Source of the DNA: Eledone cirrhosa
Taxonomy: Eukaryota
DNA length: 64,000 nt
Assembly: GCA_964016885.1 (NCBI GenBank)
Contig: OZ024766.1
Location: forward strand, 20,336,001 to 20,400,000
Direction: 5' to 3'
The notes under the pieces were generated by a model. The model saw nothing but the letters and a program-made list of their open reading frames with translations, did no database searches and was not told the DNA's origin. Shown here piece after piece: positions 13,332 through 25,767 of the stretch (positions are counted from its first letter, which is position 1; the number at the start of each line of letters is the position of its first letter). The translations under genes were made by a program, and so were the position numbers.

Positions 13332-13700
13332 CATACATACGCACACACATGTATATATATATATATACATACATACACACACACATGTATATATACACAC
13401 ATATATATATATATATATACATACATACACGCACACACATATATATATACATACATACACACACACATATATATATACATACATACACACACACATATAT
13501 ATATATATATATAAATATACATATATATATATATGCATATACACATATATATATATATCATCATCATTTTACGTCCGCTTTTCCCTGCTTGCATACACAC
13601 ATATATATATACATATACACACATACACATATATATATATATATACACACATACACATATATATATATATATATACACACATACACATATATATACACAT

Positions 13701-13767
<67 letters not shown>

Positions 13768-13796
13768 CACACACACATATATATACACACTTTTCA

Positions 13797-13830
<34 letters not shown>
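13243..13830. repeat. (TA)n/(CA)n compound microsatellite
   Basis: Direct reading. Confidence 0.9.
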
Positions 13831-13832
<2 letters not shown>

Positions 13833-13851
13833 GGAGGTGAGTTTTATTGTA

Positions 13852-13927
13852 GTACAATAATATCTGATGAAAACACAAATATCATCGCATGATGATATTT
13901 GTTTTTGAAATGCGCATAATAAAATAC
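13852..13927 (+). ncRNA. Type I hammerhead ribozyme motif with long stem II
   Basis: TAT-CTGATGA(13864-13870)-16 bp stem II with 1 mismatch and GCAT loop-GAAA(13907-13910)-TGCGCA-T-A-ATA. Confidence 0.65.
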
Positions 13928-14020
13928 ATGGAACTCTTTTAACCATCTTTTGTTCTTATATATTATATATATATATATACATATACACACACACATACAT
14001 ACTCTCTGAAAGAAATTTAC

Positions 14021-14081
14021 CTGAATGATGTAGATTTCATAAACTGGTTCACCTGCGATTTCTTGAGAGAGGACTTCAGAG
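14021..14081 (-). CDS. USP19: USP19-like exon 18 (SEVLSQEIAGEPVYEIYIIQ)
   Basis: cag|C...CAG|gtaaat, phase 2-0. Confidence 0.85.
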
Positions 14082-14149
14082 CTGTAAGAAAGAAAGAGTG
14101 AGAGATATCATACAATCATCATCATCAACATTTCTTTCTGTTCAAACCA

Positions 14150-15592
14150 GCCATACTGATGTTAAGGTATTGTTCTCAAAATAGATAACATCAAAATCTC
14201 ATAGGTTTGATATTATGTGAGGTATTATGTGAGGTAAAGCCTTTACTGTGACAATACAATAGTATATATAGAGTAATGTAAATGTTATGTGAGGTATTAT
14301 GTGAGGTAAAGCCTTTACTGTGACAATACAATAGTATATATAGAGTAATGTAAATGTTATGTGAGGTATTATGTGAGGTAAAGCCTTTACTGTGACAATA
14401 CAATAGTATATATAGAGTAATGTAAATGTTATGTGAGGTATTATGTGAGGTAAAGCCTTTACTGTGACAATACAATAGTATATATAGAGTAATGTAAATG
14501 TTATGTGAGGTATTATGTGAGGTAAAGCCTTTACTGTGACAATACAATAGTATATATAGAGTAATGTAAATGTTATGTGAGGTATTATGTGAGGTAAAGC
14601 CTTTACTGTGACAATACAATAGTATATATAGAGTAATGTAAATGTTATGTGAGGTATTATGTGAGGTAAAGCCTTTACTGTGACAATACAATAGTATATA
14701 TAGAGTAATGTAAATGTTATGTGAGGTATTATGTGAGGTAAAGCCTTTACTGTGACAATACAATAGTATATATAGAGTAATGTAGATGTTATGTGAGATA
14801 TTATGTGAGGTAAAGCCTTTACTGTGACAATACAATAGTATATATAGAGTAATGTAAATGTTATGTGAGATATTATGTGAGGTAAAGCCTTTACTGTGAC
14901 AATACAATAGTATATATAGAGTAATGTAAATGTTATGCGAGATATTATGTGAGGTAAAGCCTTTACTGTGACAATACAATAGTATATATAGAGTAATGTA
15001 AATGTTATGCGAGGTATTATGTGAGGTAAAGCCTTTACTGTGACAATACAATAGTATATATAGAGTAATGTAAATGTTATGTGAGGTATTATGTGAGGTA
15101 AAGCCTTTACTGTGACAATACAATAGTATATATAGAGTAATGTAAATGTTATGTGAGATATTATGTGAGGTAAAGCCTTTACTGTGACAATACAATAGTA
15201 TATATAGAGTAATGTAAATGTTATGTGAGGTATTATGTGAGGTAAAGCCTTTACTGTGACAATACAATAGTATATATAGAGTAATGTAAATGTTATGTGA
15301 GATATTATGTGAGGTAAAGCCTTTACTGTGACAATACAATAGTATATATAGAGTAATGTAAATGTTATGTGAGGTATTATGTGAGGTAAAGCCTTTACTG
15401 TGACAATACAATAGTATATATAGAGTAATGTAAATGTTATGTGAGGTATTATGTGAGGTAAAGCCTTTACTGTGACAATACAATAGTATATATAGAGTAA
15501 TGTAAATGTTATGTGAGGTATTATGTGAGGTAAAGCCTTTACTGTGACAATACAATAGGATATATAGAGTAATGTAGATGTTAAAGGGTTAA
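14150..15592. repeat. 72-bp minisatellite inside a MITE-like element ending AAAGGGTTAA
   Basis: Tandem units. 5' flank is homologous to 18225-18320. Confidence 0.9.
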
Positions 15593-15616
15593 TATATATA
15601 TAATATAGTGTCTCAC

Positions 15617-15711
15617 GCCAGAAGTCTCTCAGTTGTGGAGTCACTCCCCAGCAAAGTGCCCCTGCCGTAGATTTTGTGTATTTTGCTCCTTCGTGACTCA
15701 AAAACACGAAT
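15617..15711 (-). CDS. USP19: USP19-like exon 17 (IRVFESRRSKIHKIY...ERLLA)
   Basis: cag|ATT...GC|gtgaga, phase 0-2. Confidence 0.83.
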
Positions 15712-16049
15712 CTGAAACAAAAGAAAGGTCGATTGCAAAATAATTATTCTTTTATTATCTCTTAATTAATGTATCGTGGTGACATTTATACTGTATAGTG
15801 GTAGTAACAGACAGGAAGTGGTGACATATATATATATAGTGGTAGTAACAGACAGGAAGTGGTGACATATATATATAGTGGTAGTAACAGACAGGAAGTG
15901 GTGACATATATATATAGTGATAGTAACAGGACAGGAAGTAGTAACAGTAGTGGACAGGAAGTGGTGACATATAGTGGCAGTAACAGACAGGAAGTGGTAA
16001 CAGCAGAGGACAGGATGTAGTGACAACAGACAGGAAGTGCTGACATTTA

Positions 16050-16656
16050 TATCATCATCATCACCGTTTTACGTCCGTTCTTCCACGCTAGCATGGGTTA
16101 GACGGGTTGTCCTGTTGTGGGCAGTGTCCGGTCGGCTGGCCATGTCTTGCTCATACAGGAACTGATTCTGGCATGATTTCTACAGCTGGATGCCCTTCCT
16201 AACACTAACCTCATTTACAGTAAGTGCTGGGTGCTTTTTTGTTGTGGCACCTCCACGACCACTTTACAGTGTGGGCTGGGTGCTCTTTTTGCTGTGGCAC
16301 CTCCACGACCACTTTACAGTGTGGGCTGGGTGCTTTTTTGTTGTGGCACCTCCACGACCCCTTTACAGTGAGTGCTGGGTGCTTTTTTGTTGTGGCACCT
16401 CCACGACCACTTTACAGTGAGTGCTGGGTGCTTTTTTGCCATGGCACCTCCACGACCACTTTACAGCGAGTGCTGGGTGCTTTTTTGCTGTGGGACCTCC
16501 ACGACCCCTTTACAGTGAGTGCTGGGTGCTTTTTTGCTGTGGGACCTCCACGACCACTTTACAGTGAGTGCTGGGTGCTTTTTTGCTGTGGCACCTCCAC
16601 GACCACTTTACAGTGAGTGCTGGGTGCTTTTTTGCCGTGGCACCTCCACGACCACC
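16050..16656 (-). mobile_element. SINE 3' portion with (ATC)n tail and 49-bp array
   Basis: TTTCTACAGCTGGATGCCCTTCCTAAC followed by GTGGCACCTCCACGACCACTTTACAG units. Confidence 0.75.
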
Positions 16657-16904
16657 TTGCGGTAGGGGGAGTGGGGGCATATTGTTTATATGCTTCAGCA
16701 TGTACCCATGGGAGGTCAGGTACTCTGTATTACTGCGCGACGCCAGAAGAAGTCACAGTCGTGTGTCATTGTCTTTGATATAGTGGTAGTAACAGGACAG
16801 GAAGTGTCAACAACAGACAGGAAGTGGTGACATATATATAGTGGTAACAGAACAGGAAGTGGTCGCTGAAAGGAATAATAATAATAATAATAAGAGGGAC
16901 TTAC

Positions 16905-16988
16905 GTTGCGAGCTTTCACACTGGTCTTCTTGGCTAGCTTGTCCTTGAGTAACTCTACTGTGGTGTCTTTAGGGAGTCGCAGTTTGTA
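16905..16988 (-). CDS. USP19: USP19-like exon 16, UBL-like insert (YKLRLPKDTTVELLKDKL...)
   Basis: cag|TAC...AAC|gtaagt, 84 nt, phase 0-0. Confidence 0.85.
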
Positions 16989-17676
16989 CTGGGGAGTAGA
17001 GAGGTGAGTGGTGAGTGAGAGTGGGGAGTGGTGAGTGAGAGTGGGGAGTGAGTGAGAGGGGGGAGTGAGAGAGAGGTGAGTGAGAGGGGGGAGTGAGAGA
17101 GAGGTGAGTGAGAGGTGAGTGGTGAGTGAGAGTGGGGAGTGGTGAGTGAGAGGGGGGAGTGAGTGAGAGGTGAGTGGTGAGTGAGAGTGGGGAGTAAAGA
17201 GGTGAGTGGTGAGTGAGAGTGGGGAGTAGAGAGGTGAGAGTGGTGAGTGGGGGGAGTGAGAGAGTTGGGTGAGTGAGAGTGGGGAGTGAGTGAGTGGTGA
17301 GTGGTGAGTGAGAGGTGAGTGGTGAGTGAAAGGTGAGTGAGAGTGGGGAGTAGAGAGGTGAGTGGTGAGTGAGAGTGGGGAGTAGAGAGGTGAGTGGTGA
17401 GTGAGAGGGGTGGGGAGAGTTATGAGTTAGAGTGAGGAGTGAGAGAGGTGAGTGAGAACATGAAAAAGAGAGAGAGCGGTGGTGAATGAGAGAGAGGGTG
17501 AGGGAGATAAGAGAGAGAGAGAGGGTAAGGGAGATAAGAGAGAGAGAGAGAGAGTGAGAGGGTGAAAGAGAGAAAAATTAACTTATACAATAAGAAGATA
17601 TTCTCTTATTTTACTTGTTTCAGTCACTAGACTGTGGCCATGCTGGGGCAATGCTATGAAGGGATTAAGTTGATCA

Positions 17677-17916
<240 letters not shown>

Positions 17917-18314
17917 TTAAAAAAAACACTTTGACAAATGCGAAAACACAAACAAAAGCATAACAGTCACTATTGAAGCCAGAGAGAGATAGAGAGAGAC
18001 GTGGGTAACTTGAGAATAAATGAAGCACTGCTTATATGAAAGCTCAACCCTCAAATCAACAACAGATTGGAACTCAGCACTCTATATTTGACATAAAATG
18101 ACACACCCAAACACACCCAGCCTAAACACAACACAACAGTTTACACGAGAAATTCGCTTCAATTAGATGATCCATTTAGCAGCATTTAAACCAGCCATAT
18201 CCGGCCTGAGACTCTCTCACCTCTTTCTGTTCAAACCGGCTGTAACTGGCCATTCATACTGACGTTAAGGTATTGTTCTCAAAATAAATAATATCAAAAT
18301 CTCGTAAATTCGAT

Positions 18315-18912
18315 ATTATGTGAGTAATGTAAATGTTATGTGAGATATTATGTGAGGTAAAGCCTTTACTGTGACAATACAATAGTATATATAGAGTAAT
18401 GTAGATGTTATGTGAGATATTATGTGAGGTAAAGCCTTTACTGTGACAATACAATAGTATATATAGAGTAATGTAGATGTTATGTGAGATATTATGTGAG
18501 GTAAAGCCTTTACTGTGACAATACAATAGTATATATAGAGTAATGTAAATGTTATGTGAGATATTATGTGAGGTAAAGCCTTTACTGTGAAAATACAATA
18601 GTAAATATAGAGTAATGTAGATGTTATGTGAGATATTATGTGAGGTAAAGCCTTTACTGTGACAATACAATAGTATATATAGAGTAATGTAAATGTTATG
18701 TGAGATAATATGTGAGGTAAAGCCTTTACTGTGACAATACAATAGTATATATAGAGTAATGTAAATGTTATGTGAGATATTATGTGAGGTAAAGCCTTTA
18801 CTGTGACAATACAATAGTATATATAGAGTAATGTAAATGTTATGTGAGGTATTATGTGAGGTAAAGCCTTTACTGTGGCAATACAATAGTATATATAGAG
18901 TAATGTAGATGT
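18315..18912. repeat. 72-bp minisatellite, third array
   Basis: Same unit as 1-1247. Confidence 0.93.
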
Positions 18913-19001
18913 GGGAGCTGTCACACAAACATACTCGCAGCTGGGCACCCCTTGTGAAACCAATCAGCTGAAGAGGGGGAAACTCCACAGAAATGAACTT
19001 A

Positions 19002-19235
<234 letters not shown>

Positions 19236-19267
19236 TCACACCACATAGCAGGGGCTTCTGGGGAGTT

Positions 19268-19470
19268 CGGGACCCCAGTTCTGTCATGTTGTACCACATA
19301 AAAGGGTTTCTAGGGTGTTTTAATGTTAGGGACGGCAGTTCTGTCATGTTGTACCACATAAAAGGGTTTCTAGGGTGTTTTAATGTTAGGGACCCCAGTT
19401 CTGTCATGTTGTACCACATAAAAGGGTTTCTAGGGTGTTTTAATGTTAGGGACCCCAGTTCTGTCATGTT
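19268..19470. repeat. 60-bp tandem repeat, ~3.4 copies
   Basis: Direct reading. Confidence 0.9.
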
Positions 19471-20110
19471 ACTGGCACCATATCGTCAACACCACCACCA
19501 CCAACATCACACCACCACCACCACCACACCACCAACACACAACCACCACCACCACCACCACCACCACCACCATCACACCACCAACACCACCACCAACACC
19601 AACACCACCACCACCAACACCACCATCACCAACACCACAACCAACAACACCATTAATAAAATACCATCCACCACCATCACACCACAACCAACACCAACAC
19701 CACCACCACCACACCACAACCAACACCAACAACACCATTAATAAAATACCATCCACCACCATCACACCACAACCAACACCAACACCACCACCACCACCAC
19801 CACCACCACACCACAACCAACACCAACAACACCATTAATAAAATACCATCCACCACCATCACACCACAACCAACACCAACACCACCACCACCACACCACA
19901 ACCAACACCAACAACACCATTAATAAAATACCATCCACCACCACCACACCACAACCAACACCAACAACACCATTAATAAAATACCATCCACCACCATCAC
20001 ACCACAACCAACACCAACACCACCACCACCATCACACCACAACCAACACCACCAACACCACAACCACCACCAACACCACCACCAATAAAATACCATCCAA
20101 AATATCTTAC

Positions 20111-20176
20111 CTCATCTGGCCTGCCATCTGAGTCGACAGTCTGTATGTAGGGTTTATTCTTGACTCTGTTGAGATC
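20111..20176 (-). CDS. USP19: USP19-like exon 13 (DLNRVKNKPYIQTVDSDGRPDE)
   Basis: Conserved DLNR..KPY...DSDGRPD; cag|GAT...GAG|gtaaga. Confidence 0.95.
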
Positions 20177-20458
20177 CTGCAGAGGGAGAGTCAGAGATTT
20201 ACAATAATATATTCCACACAGAGATAGGTAGCAGACAGTTCAGATATTGATCTGATTAGTAAATTTCCAATCACACACATTAGTAAATTTCTCACACACA
20301 CACACACACAAATATATATATATATATATACACATAGCACATATATATATATATACACACACATATATATATATATATACACACACACATATATATACAC
20401 ACACACATATATTCATATATACACACACATATATATATATGCACACACATATATACAT

Positions 20459-20491
<33 letters not shown>

Positions 20492-20596
20492 CACACACAT
20501 ATATATACACATATATACATATATATATATATACACACACATATATATACACACACACACGCACATATATATACACACACACACGCACATATATAT

Positions 20597-20627
<31 letters not shown>

Positions 20628-20826
20628 AATACACACATATATATATACACACATGCACATATATATATATATATACACACACACATATATATACACACAC
20701 ACACATATATATATACACACAAACATATATACAGACACACACACATGTATACACACACATATATATATAAACACACACACACATATATATATAAACACAC
20801 ACAAACATATATATACACACACACAC

Positions 20827-20875
<49 letters not shown>

Positions 20876-21030
20876 AACATATATAACACACACATACACA
20901 CTCACACACACACATACATACACACACATATATATATATATATATTCAACACCCATGTATTAAATAAAGAACAAGCAGCAGTACTCACCTCATGAAGCAT
21001 ACACACACACACCCATATATATATATATAC

Positions 21031-21076
<46 letters not shown>

Positions 21077-21200
21077 CCACACCCACACACATATATATAT
21101 ATATAACACACATATCGCGATAAATTAACGGAGGCATAGGCCGTCGTTATTCCCTGTAAATAATGTGCTCAATGGGGAAGAGATCCTGAGCCCTTTAAAA

Positions 21201-21392
21201 TATAATATGTTGAGAAGGTAACACACCAGAGAGAGATATACAGTGCGTTATCAATAATACAGGGAAAAAACCACCAGTGTATGGAATCTAAAACCTAGGT
21301 TATAGATTCCATACACTGGTGGTTTTTTCCCTGTATTATTGATAACGCACTATATATCTCTCTCTGGTGTGTTACCTTCTCAACATATTATA
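21201..21392. repeat. 192-bp near-perfect palindrome centred on CCTAGG
   Basis: Arms complementary with 2 mismatches and no spacer. Confidence 0.9.
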
Positions 21393-21589
21393 TACACACA
21401 TACACATATATACACACATATATACTCACACACACACATACATACACACACACATATATATATATATATTCAACACCCATGTATTAAATAAAGAACAAGG
21501 AGCAGTACTCACCTCATGAAGCACACACACACACACACCCATATATATATATATATACACACAAACATATATATATCTATATCTAAGGC

Positions 21590-21918
21590 GGGTAAAATTC
21601 CCGAGATCCATGGACGAGTTCTCTCCAGCGGTCTCTGTCCCTCATTATCGCTGCCATATCCTGAATCTCCAACAGACCAGTGTCTGTCCTTAGGGCATCA
21701 ACATATGTTAACCTTGGTCTTCCTCTTCCAGTGTGTCCATGTAGGGGGCTCCCACAGGAACACTGAGTGCAATGTCAACTCTGGATGTCGGTGAGCATGT
21801 CCAGCCAACCTCAGTCTCCTCTGTGTCACTTTTGAGCTGACTTTTGGGATGCTCCCGTACAGCTCTGAGTTTTTCATCCTCAGTGTATACTGATTAATGT
21901 TCAGAGCCATCCTCAAAC
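21590..21918 (-). mobile_element. RTE-like LINE 3' ORF fragment, decayed
   Basis: LRMALNI...ELYGSIPKVSSKVTQRRLRLAGH..RHPEL...LWEP, typical of a post-RT C-terminus. Confidence 0.7.
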
Positions 21919-22033
21919 ATATATAACACACATATATATATATACACACACACATATATAACACACATACATACACACATATATATATATACAACACCCA
22001 TGTATTAAATAAAGAACAAGGAGCAGTACTCAC

Positions 22034-22126
22034 CTCATGAAGCATATCCAACAAAAAGGCCATGAATTCCTGCGCATCGTGTTGTGCAAACCCTGTGAAC
22101 ATGCTAGCCTTCATAGCAACGAGGTG
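22034..22126 (-). CDS. USP19: USP19-like exon 12 (HLVAMKASMFTGFAQHDAQEFMAFLLDMLHE)
   Basis: QHDAQEF box; tag|CAC...GAG|gtgagt. Confidence 0.95.
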
Positions 22127-22862
22127 CTACATTGAGGGCACACAGAGAAAACCAGGTAATTAGTCAGTCAACTCGTTAACTGATTAGTTGCAATACAGGT
22201 TTTTAATTTAGATTAAACTCTTCCAACATAATTTTATATAACAACCTTACATTAAGTTACTGTTAAGTTATGTTCCAGTAGAAATATGGTAATGAAAGGG
22301 TTAAGGTGTTTATATTTATGTGAGAACCTTTGTTAAGTTATGTTCCACTAGAAATATGGTAATGAAAGGGTTAAAGTGTTTATATTTATGTAAGAACCTT
22401 TGTTAAGTTATGTTCCATTAGAAATATGGTAATGAAAGGGTTAAAGTATTTATATTTATCTAAGAACCTTTATTAAGTTATGTTCCATTAGAAATATGGT
22501 AATGAAAGGGTTAAAGTGTTTATATTTATGTAAGAACCTTTCTTAAGTTATGTTCCATTAGAAATATGGTAATGAAAGGGTTAAAGTATTTATATTTATG
22601 TAAGCACCTTTGTTAAGTTATGTTCCATTAGAAATATGGTAATGAAAGGGTTAAAGTGTTTATATTTATCTAAGAACCTTTCTTAAGTTACGTTCCATTA
22701 GAAATATGGCAATGAAAGGGTTAAAGTGTTTATATTTATCTAAAAAACCTTCCATCATAATTTTATGTAAGAACCTATATTAAGTTATGTTCCAAACACC
22801 GTAGACAGTGTCTTTCATTAGAGATACAGTAATGGAAAGGTTAAGCAAGTCACTCAACTCAC

Positions 22863-22996
22863 CTTCAGCTTGGAAGGTTGGTACGATGTATATTTACCAC
22901 TCCAGAGGCAACGTAGTAGTACGGCAAATGCCGAAACCAGCTGACCCCCTGAGCCCAGGAGGTTTTCAGTGTTGACCTCCTTATGGAAACTTCCAT
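22863..22996 (-). CDS. USP19: USP19-like exon 11 (DGSFHKEVNTENLLGSGG...YQPSKLK)
   Basis: cag|AT...AAG|gtgagt, phase 1-0; N.LG.GG...LW.G...QPSKLK as in USP19. Confidence 0.93.
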
Positions 22997-23082
22997 CTGC
23001 AGCACCAAGGAGAAAGAAGAGGTTAATGGGGAGAAAACGAGAGTGAAAGACAAAGAGAAAAGGGATTTTAAGAGAATGTGTG

Positions 23083-24347
23083 TCATCATCATCATTTTAT
23101 GTCTGCTTGCAAGGGTGGGACGGGAACTGGTTCAGGCTTGATTTCTACAGCTGGATGCCCTTCCTAACACCAACCACATTTACATTGTGGGCTGGGTGCT
23201 TTTTTGCCGTGGCACCTCCACGACCACTTTACAGTGTGGGCTGGGTGCTTTTTTTTTTGCCATGGTACCTCCACGACCACTTTACAGTGAATGCTGGGTG
23301 CTTTTTTGCCCTGGCACCTCCACGACCACTTTACAGTGAGTGCTGGGTGCTTTTTTGCCGTGGCACCTCCACGACCACTTTACAGTGAGTGCTGGGTGCT
23401 TTTTTGCCGTGGCACCTCCACGACCACTTTACAGTGAGTGCTGGGTGCTTTTTTGCCGTGGCACCTCCACGACCACTTTACAGTGAGTGCTGGGTGCTTT
23501 TTTGCCGTGGCACCTCCACGACCACTTTACAGTGAGTGCTGGGTGCTTTTTTGCCGTGGCACCTCCACGACCACTTTACAGTGAGTGCTGGGTGCTTTTT
23601 TGCCCTGGCACCCCCACAACCACTTTACAGTGAGTGATGGGTGCTTTTTTGCTGTGGCACCTCCACGACCACTTTACAGTGAGTGCTGGGTGCTTTTTTG
23701 CCGTGGCACCTCCACGACCACTTTACAGTAAGTGCTGGGTGCTTTTTTGCCGTGGCACCTCCACGACCACTTTACAGTGAGTGCTGGGTGCTTTTTTGCC
23801 GTGGCACCTCCACGACCACTTTACAGTGAGTGCTGGGTGCTTTTTTGCCGTGGCACCTCCACGACCACTTTACAGTGAGTGCTGGGTGCTTTTTTGCTGT
23901 GGCACCTCCACGACCACTTTACAGTGAGTGCTGGGTGCTTTTTTTGCCGTGGCACCTCCATGACCACTCTACAGTGAGTGCTGGGTGCTTTTTTTGCTGT
24001 GGCACCTCCACGACCACTTTACAGTGAGTGCTGGGTGCTTTTTTGCTGTGGCACCTCCACGACCACTTTACAGTGTGGGCTGGGTGCTTTTTTGCCGTGG
24101 CACCTCCACGACCACTTTACAGTGAGTGCTGGGTGCTTTTTTGCCGTGGCACCTCCACGACCACTTTACAGTGAGTGCTGGGTGCTTTTTTGCCGTGGCA
24201 CCTCCACGACCACTTTACAGTGTGGGCTGGGTGCTTTTTTGCCGTGGCACCTCCACGACCCCTTTACAGTGAGTGCTGGGTGCTTTTTTGCTGTGGCACC
24301 TCCACGACCACTTTACAATGTGGGCTGGGTGCTTTTTTGCCGTGGCA
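23083..24347 (-). mobile_element. SINE 3' portion with ~24 copies of the 49-bp unit
   Basis: Same family as 12236 and 16050. Confidence 0.8.
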
Positions 24348-24587
24348 TGTATATATATATATATTGTAGGGTATATAACTAATGGATGTGTTTTAGTAGT
24401 TTGAGAAGGGGCAGAAAATATAATTATTGAGGGGCCCCACGAAACCCCTGGCCTCCCCAGACGTTAAAGACGATGCTGATGATGATGATGATGATGATAT
24501 ACACACAGAATGACAGACCTAGAGTAACAAGAGGAAAAGGAGGGTACTTACCAAGGAAATAGTCCCTAAACTCCCTGGTGTTGGCCA

Positions 24588-24950
24588 CTTCGATTTTTCG
24601 ATTTTTTTTCGAATTTTCGAATTTTTTCGTTTTTTTAATTTTTTTCGATTTTTCGAATTTTTTTCAATTTTTCGAATTTTTTCGTTTTTTTAATTTTTTT
24701 CGATTTTTCGAATTTTTTTCAATTTTTCGAACTTTTTCGTTTTTTTAATTTTTTTCGATTTTTCGAATTTTTTTCAATTTTTCGAATTTTTTCGTTTTTT
24801 TAATTTTTTTCGATTTTTCGAATTTTTTTCAATTTTTCGAATTTTTTCGTTTTTTTAATTTTTTTCGATTTTTCGAATTTCTTTCAATTTTTCGAACTTT
24901 TTCGTTTTTTTAATTTTTTTCGATTTTTCGAATTTTTTCGATTTTTTTTC
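24588..24950. repeat. T-rich tandem repeat built from TTTTCGA motifs
   Basis: Direct reading; flanked by a ~167-bp direct duplication. Confidence 0.85.
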
Positions 24951-25083
24951 TAATTATTGAGGGGCCCACGGAACCCCTGGCCTCCCCAGACGTTAAACGA
25001 CGATGCTGATGATGATGATGATGATGATGATACACACAGCATGACAGACCTAGAGTAACAAGAGGAAAAGGAGGGGTACTTAC

Positions 25084-25243
25084 CGAGGAAATAGTCCCTA
25101 AACTCCCTGGTGTTGGCCAAACACTGAAGGACGCTGTTCATAAAACAAGAGTTACCGAGGTTGTCGAGCCCAGTGAAACCAGGGCTCACCAACTGGTCAA
25201 CGTCTCGTAGTTTGTTCATAGGGGACACTTTGCATGTCGGCTT
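25084..25243 (-). CDS. USP19: USP19-like exon 10, USP catalytic Cys box (KPTCKVSP...[21 protein letters not shown]...)
   Basis: GLxNLGNxCFMNSxLQ Cys box; cag|AAG...CTCG|gtaagt, phase 0-1. Confidence 0.95.
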
Positions 25244-25767
25244 CTGTTGACCAGGAGAAGAAGAAGAAGAATTAGTATAAGGGTTGTTTCCTTTCTTGAC
25301 CACACGGGGCCGACATAGTTTTGGGGGGCACAAGGCCAGCAAATACCCCAGTGTATTACTGGTACTTTATTTTATCAACCCCGTAATAACTGTTTCTACT
25401 TTTGGGGGGCACAAGGCCAGCAATTACCCCAGTGTATTACTGGTACTTTATTTTACTGACCCTGTAATAACTGTTTCTACTTTTGGGGGGCACAAGGCCA
25501 GCAATTACCCCAGTGTATTACTGGTACTTTATTTTACTGACCCCGTAATAACTGTTTCTACTTTTGGGGGGCACAAGGCCAGCAATTACCCCAGTGTATT
25601 ACTGGTACTTTATTTTACCGACCCCCAGTAAGAATGAAAGGCAAAGTCAACCTCGGCGGGATTCGAACCCAGACTGTAAAGGGCCGTAACTCTATTCCAC
25701 AAAGTATGGCGCCTGACACTCCACCAACCCCCCAGTGCATTACTGGTACCTTATTTTACTGACCCTG

